Assembly: GCA_045592805.1 (NCBI GenBank)
Contig: JAZNVK010000234.1
Coordinates: forward strand, 1 to 54,530
Source: Faecousia sp.
Lineage (GTDB): Bacteria > Bacillota > Clostridia > Oscillospirales > Oscillospiraceae
DNA length: 54,530 bases
Direction: 5' to 3'
Shown: piece after piece, positions 45,929 to 54,530 of the stretch
How positions within the stretch are numbered: position 1 is the first letter of the stretch
Layout of the letters: the number at the start of each line of letters is the position of its first letter
The notes under the pieces: generated by a model
The model's database searches: none
What the model was told of the DNA's origin: nothing
What the model saw: only the letters and a program-made list of their open reading frames with translations
Made by a program: the position numbers and the translations under genes

Positions 45929-48900
45929 ATGTTTCACTTTGATATCGATTTTAAAGATAAAAACGGCGAGCGATATATGCTTCCTACCCGCCTCCGGGTA
46001 CTACTTGGCGAACTTTGGGGCAAGGCTTTCTATTACCGCAAGCCCCTTGACGGTGTAGAAGCCAGAGATGGTAAATATGCCGCCGATGATCACAGCGGCA
46101 ACTGGTATCCCTTTGACTGCGTGAACAGCTTCTGGGGCGGTAAAGATACCTACATCTGGTTCCGACATCAGTTCACTGTGCCGGAGGAGCTGGATGGTAA
46201 GGTGCTGTGGTACAGCGTTGAGGCAGGGGATAATGATTACTGGCAATGGGCAAATCCCCAGATGTGTCTGTATCTGAACGGCCATTGTATCGCCGGTATG
46301 GACTCTAACCACCGTGATGTAGAGTTCACCACCTGCGCCAAGGCAGGGGATACCTATGAGGTTTATATCAGCGGCTATACCGATACCTGTTACTTTGAGC
46401 GCCCGGTTCGTTTCCGCCCCATTCTTGCATCCGTAGAGCCTAAGGTGCTTGCGCTCTACTATGACCTGAAGGTTGCATTTGATGCCGCTCATGAGATGGA
46501 AGTGGACGACATAGCCCGTGTGGATCTGATCCACCACGTGAATGAAGCCTTCAATCTTCTTCAGATGCACGAATCCGGCGATAAATTTCTTGCCTCTGTT
46601 GCAGAAGCTTCTGCCTATGCGGAAAAGAACATTTACTGCTGCAAGGACGATGCAAGACGTCCTGTCATTGCAGCTGTGGGCAGCACCCATATCGATGTAG
46701 CGTGGCTCTGGCGCTATGAGCAGACCAGAGAAAAGGCCATCCGCTCCTTTGCCACCGCTTTACTGCTTCTGGAAAAGAACCCGGAATACATATTTATGTG
46801 TTCTCAGCCCCAGCTGTATCAGTTTGTTAAAGAGGATGATCCGGAGCTCTATGCCCGTATCAAAGAACAGGTTGCGCTGGGCCGCTGGGAAGTGGAAGGT
46901 GCAATGTGGGTTGAGGCGGATACCAATCTGGCCTCCGGCGAGTCCCTCGTCCGCCAGGTGCTTCATGGAAAGCGCTTCTACCGTCAGGAGTTCGGAAAAG
47001 AGGCGCAGGTTCTCTGGCTGCCGGACGTATTCGGCTACAGCGCAGCTCTGCCCCAGATTCTGAAAAAGAGCGGCGTACCCTATTTTATGACCACAAAAAT
47101 CTCCTGGAACGAGTTCAATAAAGTTCCCTATGATACCTTCCACTGGCGTGGTATCGACGGCTCTTCTGTTCTTTCTCACTTTATCGCCACCCGTGAAAAA
47201 GTGCAGGAAGAGAAGGATTGGATGACCACCTATAACGGCCAATTGAATCCTTCCAGCGTTCTCGGTGCCTGGCAGCGCTATCAGCAAAAGGATCTGAACC
47301 GTGAAATTCTCGCCTCCTTCGGTCATGGTGACGGTGGCGGCGGAACCAGCCAGCTGATGATTGAAAACGGCCGACGACTGGCCAGGGGGCTCCCCGGTAT
47401 GCCTAAGCTGAAATTCTCCGGTGTGCAGGAATACTATCACCGTCTGGAGAAGGATCTGGAAGGGAAGAAGCGCATTCCATGCTGGGACGGCGAGCTCTAT
47501 TTTGAATATCACAGAGGCACCTACACCTCGCAGGCAGGAATCAAGCTTCGCAACCGTAAAAACGAAATCCGCAGCCACGATGCGGAAACTCTCAGCGTCA
47601 TTGCGAATCTGCTCAGAGATCTGCCGTATCCCAAAGAATCGCTGGATGCCAGCTGGAAAAAGCTGCTGCTGAACCAGTTCCACGACGTAATTCCCGGTTC
47701 CTCCATCGGCCCTGTCTATAAAGACGCATACGAGCATCACGCATTCATACAGGAGACCACGGAAAAGGCCATCAATGACGCTCTGGATACACTTGCATCT
47801 GAGATTCAGGCAGACGGTATTGTGGTATTCAACACCCTTTCCTTCTGTCGCTCTGCTCCTGCCAGCTTCTCCTGGGAAACCGAGGTCGGTATCGCTCTTC
47901 GCTGTGAGGATAAACTCCTTCCTGCGACTAAGGGTGAGGACGGCCTGTGGCACTTTATTGCAGAAGATGTACCTGCCAATGGATACCGCTGCTATCAGGT
48001 TATAAGCGTAAATCAGCTTACTGAAGCGCCTTCAGCGGATATGAACGTACTGGAGAACGAGTATTGCAGAATTGAGTTTGACAGCAACATGAATATTTCC
48101 CGCTATTTCTGTAAGCAGGAAAACCGTGACTTAATGGGGCAGGGAAGTCTTGCAGGCCGCCTGATCGCTTTTGAAGACAAGCCTGCTGTGGACGATGCCT
48201 GGAATCTCATGGTCTATTACGATGAGTAGAGCTGGTTTATCGACGAAGTAAGCGCTGCCTACATTGTTGAAAATTCTGCCCTCCGCAAGGTGGTTCGTGT
48301 GGAACGCCCCTTCCGCAGCTCCAAATTTGTGGTGGATTATATTCTCTATCATGATCGTCCCGGCCTGGATATTCGCTGTGAGATCGATTGGAAGGAAAGC
48401 AATGTCCTGGTCAAGATGGATTTCCCCGTCAAAGTAAATACCACAAAGGCGAGCTTTGATATCCAGTTTGGCTCCGTAGAGCGCCCCATTCATAAAAATA
48501 CGCTTTGGGATCATGCACGCTTCGAGGTCTGTGCCCATAAGTGGGTAGACCTTAGCGATAACGGCTTTGGTCTCAGCCTTTTGAACGATTGCAAATACGG
48601 CTATGATGTTAACCGTGACCACATTCGCCTCAGTGTTCTCAGGAGCTCCACTTATCCCGATCCTGAGCAGGATAAGTGTCATCACAAATTTGCTCTGCGC
48701 CTGCTGCCCCATTCCGGTGCTGTGGATCTTCCGCAGGTGAATTGCGATGCATACAGCTTCAATTACCCCCTCTATACCAGAGTCGTTACCTCCGGCGGCA
48801 ATCTTCCTGCGGAGTACAGCTTACTTCAGGTTGACAACAAAAATATAATCATTGAAACAGTTAAGCAGTCGGAAGACGGTGACGACATCGTCCTGCGTGC

Positions 48901-49087
48901 CTTTGAATGTGCAAATAAGGCTACAAATGCAGTTATTACGCTGAATCTGGAAGGATACGAAGCCTTTGAAGCTGATCTGATGGAGGAAAATCTTACTCCT
49001 CTTTGCTATTGCGACGGGAATCTTGACCTTCACTTCGAGCCTTTCGAGATCAAAACAGTCCTGCTGCGCAAGAAAGTATCACAATGA
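45929..49087 (+). pseudogene. GH38 alpha-mannosidase interrupted by a single in-frame TAG (48227-48229)
   Basis: HIDVAWLW, WLPDVFGYS, ELYFEYHRGTYTSQ, QFHD..PGS in 45929-48229; the same frame continues SWFIDEV... into the GH38 C-terminus (W..ARFEV.AHKW.DLS, LLNDCKYG, PFEIKT); 1052 codons if read through. Confidence 0.8.
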
Positions 49088-50163
49088 AAAAGCTACCTGC
49101 CTATCAGATGATCTATCAGGATCTTGAGAAAAAGATCCGTAACGGTTTTTGGAAAGACGGGCAGCAATTACCAACGGAATTTGAACTGTCTGAGCAGTAT
49201 CAGGTTAGTAGAATTACCGTTCGTCATGCATTACAGCTTCTTGTGGAGAAGGGAAGCATTCTTCGTCTTCAGGGTAAAGGCTCCATCGTGACGAAAAAAT
49301 TGAAAAGCTCCGGTGTCATTGCCGTGGCAATCAACGATTTCGGTCCTTTTTTCGGTGAAGAGTTTATCAAAAGCATTATCATGCATGCAGAAAAAGAGGG
49401 ATACAGTGTGATTCTGCAAACCTGCTACTACAGCCATCAGCAGGAAAATACGGTTTTACTCCGCCTTTTGGATGCTAATATCGCAGGGCTCATCTTCGTC
49501 CCCCTTTATGGATCCAAAAATGTCAGCCCGGAGCTGAAAAAAGTAGCAGATCGCTTGCCACTCGTCTTTGCCGACCGTAAAATTGACGGATTGGATGCGC
49601 CTTTGGTTTGTACTGATAATATTTCTGCAACAGAAGAGCTCTGCCGCCGATTGATCCATATCGGTCACCGCAGGATCGGATTTGTCTCTTCCAATACGGA
49701 TTCCACCGTCGTTCGGGATCGATTGAAGGGATATGTTAATGCGTTGACTACTTCAGGAATTACCATAGATGAAAGCCTCAAATTAACAACGCTGCGCTCT
49801 GTTTTACCCGGAATGGCAACATCATCCGCTCGGGAAGATGACATTGCCGCAATCCAACAGTATTTTTTACAAAATCCCGATATCCACGCTGTTGTTGCCC
49901 ACACCTACAGAGCCGCTGAGTTGGTCTATCTTGCTGCACAGCGAGCTAAGCTGCGCATTCCCCAGGACTGCGCCATCGTCTGCTTTGATGCCATGCATGA
50001 CGTCATCCCGGCTCCCGGCTTTTTCGCTCACATGAAACAGAATGAATACGAGATGGGAGAAGAGGCTGTCAAAGCGCTTCTCTCCCTGATCCGCCACAAA
50101 CCCGTCCGCAAGCTTAACTTTGTAAACGCAATTTTCCAAGACGGAAAGAGCTATGTTTACTAA
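49084..50163 (+). CDS. GntR wHTH plus LacI-type sensor domain regulator (AraR-like)
   Basis: Y..I...L...I..G......LPTE.EL..QY.VSRITVR.AL..L, QGKGS; DN, GHRRI.F, R..GY..AL, P.D..IV.FD. Confidence 0.9.
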   Translation: MKKLPAYQMIYQDLEKKIRNGFWKDGQQLPTEFELSEQYQVSRITVRHALQLLVEKGSILRLQGKGSIVTKKLKSSGVIAVAINDFGPFFGEEFIKSIIMHAEKEGYSVILQTCYYSHQQENTVLLRLLDANIAGLIFVPLYGSKNVSPELKKVADRLPLVFADRKIDGLDAPLVCTDNISATEELCRRLIHIGHRRIGFVSSNTDSTVVRDRLKGYVNALTTSGITIDESLKLTTLRSVLPGMATSSAREDDIAAIQQYFLQNPDIHAVVAHTYRAAELVYLAAQRAKLRIPQDCAIVCFDAMHDVIPAPGFFAHMKQNEYEMGEEAVKALLSLIRHKPVRKLNFVNAIFQDGKSYVY

Positions 50164-50185
50164 GCACATTACACCATGATATAAT
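50156..50185 (+). promoter_or_regulatory. Putative sigma-A promoter for the SLH protein
   Basis: TGaTATAAT (50177-50185) with a weak tttact -35. Confidence 0.45.
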
Positions 50186-50217
50186 GTCGATCTTAATTAT
50201 TCTAAGGAGGTACTCAC

Positions 50218-53200
50218 ATGAAACGTATCCTCAGCTTACTTCTGGCTTTGACGATGCTCATCTCCCTTTTCCCGGTGCTGGCATCTGCGGCCGACCTGAC
50301 CCCCGGTGACTTCGGCTGGAACACCGACGGTAACAATTTTGACGGCTGGACCGTTGACGAGACCGGTTCGACCTACACCGTTTCCTACAACGGTTCCAAC
50401 AGCAAGCGAATATGGAAAGAACTTCTCTCAGATCCCCAGAATTTCACTCTTTCCTTTGACGTGCAGATCCATAATAAGCGCATTGAGCTGGAAATTCTCG
50501 GATTGAAGCTGGAGCTGAATACCGAGGGCGGTAACGGCAATCAGGTCTATGTCAAGGATACCGACAGTTGGCTGGATGCAGCAGAGCAGAAGGTGAGTGT
50601 TAGCTTTTCCCGTACTTCCGGAGGGGCTTTGAACGTTCGCTATACCGGAAATGGCAACGCTACACCTGTTTCCTTCACAAAGAGCGCAAGAGACAGTGGC
50701 AATAAGAATGTGTTTTTTGGTGTTATCGATAGCGGTGGCAGCGCTACTTTCTCTAATATCATGCTGGACGGTGCTGCTATTGAGCCCGGTCAGCCTGATA
50801 ACCCCGACACCCCAGAAGATCCCGTTTTGCCTCCTGCCTCCGACAAGAGTCCCGCAGACTTCGGCTGGGAAACCGATAATGACAACTATACCGGCTGGAC
50901 CGTGGATGAAAACGGCACGACCTACACCGTAACCTATGACGGTGTCAACAGTAAGCGTATCTGGAAGGAACTGATTACAGATGCGGATAACTTTACTGTC
51001 AGCTTCGATACCATTGTCTTAAAGCAGCGCATCGAGATCGAAGTCATGGGTGTCAAGCTGGAGCTGAATGCCTCCGGTGGCAACGGCAATCAGCTGTATA
51101 TCAAGGACAAGGACGCCTGGATGAATGCGGCAGGTCAGAGAGCTTCCGTTACTTTGACCCGTGAGAACGGCGGCGACCTGAACGTCAAATATGTGGGCGC
51201 AGGTAATTCTACTGCTGTTACCTTTACCAGGAAGATTTATGATGACTCCAATCTCAACGTTCATCTGGGTGTCATTGACAACGGAGGCAGCGCTGTATTT
51301 TATAACATTCTGCCCGTGATCGATATTCCCGATGATCCCGATACCCCTGTTGATCCTCCCGTTTCCGACAAGACGCCTGCCGATTTCGGTTGGCTCTCTG
51401 ATGATGACAATTTCACCGGCTGGACCTGTGATGAAGAGGGTACTACCTTTACCGTAACTTACGACGGTATCAACAGCAAGCGCATCTGGAAAGAACTGAT
51501 TACCGACAGTGATAACTTTGCAATTTCTTTCACGGCACAAGTCCTCAACAAGCGTGCAGAAATCGAGATTCTTGGAACAAAACTGGAGCTGAACTGCGAA
51601 GGCGGTAACGGCAATCAGGTTTATATCAAAGATATCGATTCCTGGATGGATGCCGCAGAACAAGCTGTGGATGTTCTGATCTACAGGAAGGATGGCGGAG
51701 ACCTGAATGTCGTCTACACCGGCGATACGGAGCCCACTTCCTTTACTGTCTCTGCCGCAGATGAGAACAATCTGAATCTCTTCCTGGGTGTCATCGATAC
51801 GGAGGGAAGTGCCGCTTACAGCAACATCAATCCCAATGCGGAGATTCCCGAAGAGGAAGAGCCTCCTGTTGATGTCATTACCCCCGCTGATTTCGGCTGG
51901 GAAACCGATAATGACAACTATGTCGGCTGGACGGTCAATGAAGATGGCACAGTTTTCACCGTTACCTATGACGGCGAAAACAGCAAGCGCATCTGGAAAG
52001 AGCTGATTGCGGATACTGATAATTTTGCCATCGGAGCAGATGTACAGATTCTCAGTAAGCGTACAGAGATTGAGATCCTGGGCTATAAGCTGGAGCTGAA
52101 CTGCGAAGGCGGTGACGGAAACCAGATTTACATCAAAGAGCTGGATTCCTGGATCAATGCCGCTAACCAGACCGCTCATGTCCTTATCTACCGTCAGGAC
52201 GGCGGCGAATTGAATATTGTCATTACAGGCAAGGATAATTTAGAAGCCGTCCGCTACACCGCAGCAGTTGCAGATGCAAGCAATCTGAACTTCTTTATGG
52301 GTGTCATCGATCAGGCTGGCAGCGCAAGCTTCAGCAACATCGATCCCAATGCAGAGATCATAGAGCCTGAAGATCCTCCCGTAGAGTCCACAGGTACACC
52401 GGCCGATTACGGTTGGGAGTCCGACAACGGCAATTTTACCGGTTGGACTATGGACGAGGAAGGCAACAGCTTCACTGTGACCTACGACGGCGACAACAGC
52501 AAGCGTATGTGGAAGGAACTCTTCGAGGATGCAGAGAACTTCACCGTCGGTATGGATGTGCAGATTCTCAATCGCCGGGTGGAAATCGAGCTCATGGGTA
52601 TTCGCCTTGAGTTGAATACCGAAGGCGGCAACGGTAACCAAATCTATATCAAGGATACCGACTCCTGGTTGGATTGTCTGGACCAGACCGTTCACGTTAC
52701 CATTGCACGGCGAAATGGCGGCGATCTGCTGATCCGTTATGACGGCAAGGGCAATGCGCAGCCCATGGAATTCAGCGTTGCGCCTCAGAACCCCTCCAAC
52801 CTGAACCTGCACCTGGGTGTCATCGACAAAGGCGGCAGCGCATGCTTCTCCAACATTACCGCAAGCCCCGAAAGCTACGTGATCACCTGGAATGTTGACG
52901 GAAAAGTCAGCAATGAGATCTACCACCTTGGAGAGATGCCCGTTTATGACGGCAGCACCGACAAGGCTTCCGACGAAAACTACCATTATACCTTTGCCGG
53001 TTGGGATCCCGTCATTGCAGAGGCTTCCTCCGACGTGACCTATACCGCAGTCTATGAATCCAAGGAGATCGGCAAGGTCTACACCATTACCTGGAATGTT
53101 GACGGAACCATCACGGAAGAAACCTACGAAGAGGGAATGATTCCCTCCTACAAGGGCTCTACGGACAAGGCAGACGATGCAGCTTATTACTACGTATTTG

Positions 53201-53835
53201 CAGGCTGGGATCCTGAGATTGCTCCCGTCACTGCTGATGTTACTTACACAGCCGTGTATGAAAAGATCGCAAAGCCCAGCTTCACCGACGTCCCTGAAAA
53301 CGCCTGGTATTACGATTCTGTCTATCGTTCCGTTAAACTGGGATTCTTCAAGGGCATGAGCGCCAATACCTTTGAGCCCGACAGCAAGCTGACCCGTGCC
53401 ATGGTAATTGTCATTCTCTACCGCATGGACGGCTCTCCCGACGTAAACGGTGCATGTACATTTACGGACGTTTTGGCCAATTCCTGGTATGATGACGCTG
53501 TGATCTGGGGCTCTCAGAACAAGATCGTCAACGGCCTTACAGCAGATACCTTCGGGCCCGACGCACCTGTGACCCGTGAACAGCTGGTTACCTTCCTTTA
53601 CCGCTATGCCAACTACAAGGGCTACGACACATCCTCCAAGGAATCCATCGCCTATTTCCCCGATAGCGCCAATGTCAGCCCCTATGCGCTGGATGCCATG
53701 CGCTGGGCCGTATCCGTTGGTCTGATTACCGGCACCAAGGAAAACGGCAAGGTTTATCTCTACCCCTACGGCAATGCCACCAGAGCACAGGCAGCAGCCA
53801 TTATGGTTCGTTTCTACGACGCAAGCCATTCCTGA
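50218..53835 (+). CDS. Secreted SLH-anchored protein: five tandem ~160-aa domains, two InlB-B/Flg_new-like repeats, three SLH domains
   Basis: Signal peptide ending ASA; repeats start at 50302, 50851, 51376, 51883, 52399; Y.ITWNVDG...Y.FAGW...TYTAVY twice; FTDV..., F.P....TR.Q, ATRAQAA. Confidence 0.88.
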   Translation: MKRILSLLLALTMLISLFPVLASAADLTPGDFGWNTDGNNFDGWTVDETGSTYTVSYNGSNSKRIWKELLSDPQNFTLSFDVQIHNKRIELEILGLKLELNTEGGNGNQVYVKDTDSWLDAAEQKVSVSFSRTSGGALNVRYTGNGNATPVSFTKSARDSGNKNVFFGVIDSGGSATFSNIMLDGAAIEPGQPDNPDTPEDPVLPPASDKSPADFGWETDNDNYTGWTVDENGTTYTVTYDGVNSKRIWKELITDADNFTVSFDTIVLKQRIEIEVMGVKLELNASGGNGNQLYIKDKDAWMNAAGQRASVTLTRENGGDLNVKYVGAGNSTAVTFTRKIYDDSNLNVHLGVIDNGGSAVFYNILPVIDIPDDPDTPVDPPVSDKTPADFGWLSDDDNFTGWTCDEEGTTFTVTYDGINSKRIWKELITDSDNFAISFTAQVLNKRAEIEILGTKLELNCEGGNGNQVYIKDIDSWMDAAEQAVDVLIYRKDGGDLNVVYTGDTEPTSFTVSAADENNLNLFLGVIDTEGSAAYSNINPNAEIPEEEEPPVDVITPADFGWETDNDNYVGWTVNEDGTVFTVTYDGENSKRIWKELIADTDNFAIGADVQILSKRTEIEILGYKLELNCEGGDGNQIYIKELDSWINAANQTAHVLIYRQDGGELNIVITGKDNLEAVRYTAAVADASNLNFFMGVIDQAGSASFSNIDPNAEIIEPEDPPVESTGTPADYGWESDNGNFTGWTMDEEGNSFTVTYDGDNSKRMWKELFEDAENFTVGMDVQILNRRVEIELMGIRLELNTEGGNGNQIYIKDTDSWLDCLDQTVHVTIARRNGGDLLIRYDGKGNAQPMEFSVAPQNPSNLNLHLGVIDKGGSACFSNITASPESYVITWNVDGKVSNEIYHLGEMPVYDGSTDKASDENYHYTFAGWDPVIAEASSDVTYTAVYESKEIGKVYTITWNVDGTITEETYEEGMIPSYKGSTDKADDAAYYYVFAGWDPEIAPVTADVTYTAVYEKIAKPSFTDVPENAWYYDSVYRSVKLGFFKGMSANTFEPDSKLTRAMVIVILYRMDGSPDVNGACTFTDVLANSWYDDAVIWGSQNKIVNGLTADTFGPDAPVTREQLVTFLYRYANYKGYDTSSKESIAYFPDSANVSPYALDAMRWAVSVGLITGTKENGKVYLYPYGNATRAQAAAIMVRFYDASHS

Positions 53836-53846
53836 TGTATAACAGC

Positions 53847-53874
53847 GCCCCCTCTGACCATCGTCAGAGGGGGC
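53847..53874 (+). terminator. Stem-loop after the SLH gene
   Basis: gccccctctgac-catc-gtcagagggggc; no clear U tail. Confidence 0.6.
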
Positions 53875-53944
53875 AAATCAATATAGATTTTTTCGCCATT
53901 GTACGTTATAATAGGCATATCATACAGGAAAGGCGGAACACCAC

Positions 53945-54403
53945 ATGCAGCAGTTTCATTCGGACGAGCTACCCATCAGCCACAAATGCGAGCATCCCGA
54001 ATATGAATATTTCCGTAAAAAAGTAATTCCCTATGGTAGCGCCAAAAACACCGTTGTCAGCGTCTATGAGATTCCTCCCGGAAAATCGCCCTATCCCTAT
54101 CATTACCACGAGAAAAACGAAGAGACATTCTATATTCTCAGCGGAGAGGGCTTGCTTCGAACTACAGAGGGAGAAAGAAAGGTAAAAGCAGGGGATTTCC
54201 TATTTTTTCCAACAGGCCCTGACGGCGCTCACAAGATCACAAACACCTCGTCCACAGAGCCTCTGATCTATCTCGATTTCGATGTTGTCCACGAGATCGA
54301 TATTGCCCTCTATCCGGATTCCGGGAAAATCGGAATTTGGGGCAAGGAAATTAACCGCATCTTCCTGGAGAAAGATGATGTGGCTTACTATACCGGAGAA
54401 TAA
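53945..54403 (+). CDS. Cupin domain protein
   Basis: IPPGK..YPYHYH..NEE.FYILSGEG, GD...FP.G...AH.I.N, YPDS.K. Confidence 0.88.
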   Translation: MQQFHSDELPISHKCEHPEYEYFRKKVIPYGSAKNTVVSVYEIPPGKSPYPYHYHEKNEETFYILSGEGLLRTTEGERKVKAGDFLFFPTGPDGAHKITNTSSTEPLIYLDFDVVHEIDIALYPDSGKIGIWGKEINRIFLEKDDVAYYTGE

Positions 54404-54406
54404 ACC

Positions 54407-54435
54407 AACCGCAACCTGAATTTCAGGTTGCGGTT
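54407..54435. terminator. Inverted repeat, probable bidirectional terminator
   Basis: aaccgcaacctgaa-t-ttcaggttgcggtt. Confidence 0.7.
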
Positions 54436-54468
54436 AAATATCCAAGCCTCAGTTTCTATGTTAATAAA

Positions 54469-54530
54469 TCATCCTATGTTTCTTTTGCCCCACATTTTGG
54501 CGCATTGTACCGCCAGATGCCAGCCTTCCA
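54469..54530 (-). CDS. 3' end of a gene entering from outside the window, possibly a glycerol-kinase-like C-terminus
   Basis: EGWHLAVQCAKMWGKRNIG* resembles the GlpK tail GW.KAV....W; only 19 codons are visible. Confidence 0.3.
   Translation of the reverse strand, partial: EGWHLAVQCAKMWGKRNIG

Noticed and set aside
48227-48229. Genome-wide TAG reassignment
   Set aside because: TAG ends several conserved genes at their expected lengths in this window.
50302-52860. Regularly spaced DNA repeats considered as a CRISPR array or a diversity-generating retroelement template
   Set aside because: The period is 507-549 nt, in frame, with synonymous divergence; no cas or reverse transcriptase gene is in the window.
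27560-53880. Sugar locus as a mobile island
   Set aside because: No integrase, transposase, tRNA target or flanking direct repeat was seen; composition was not computed.

Overview
Chromosomal window from an anaerobic spore-forming Bacillota (Clostridia; the gene set and order suggest Oscillospiraceae, which is an inference). The left half (1-23.2 kb) is mostly core and sporulation genes: tepA, a degenerate uppP, ftsK/spoIIIE, a PanT-like ECF S-component behind a tandem-hairpin leader, spoIIIAA-AH, asp23-nusB-tsaD-like-xseAB-ispA, an intact sigK, a COG0523 GTPase pair, an LTA synthase, an aminotransferase, glnA and a SASP. A lipoprotein/ABC cassette follows. The right half (about 27.6-53.8 kb) is a 26-kb accessory carbohydrate locus and the best novelty candidate. 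It holds an atypical glycyl radical enzyme (GCQEP Cys loop, RIHGT Gly loop) with its activase, a sedoheptulokinase-like FGGY kinase and YesL. These are transcribed divergently from a PMI-like cupin, a ROK repressor, an aldose 1-epimerase, a 1615-aa lipoprotein of eight tandem beta-rich domains, a GH76 lipoprotein, a sugar ABC importer, a GH38 alpha-mannosidase split by one in-frame TAG, a GntR/LacI-type regulator and an SLH-anchored protein with five tandem repeats. No rRNA, tRNA, CRISPR array or IS was recognised. All calls come from motif recognition by eye; no searches were run.
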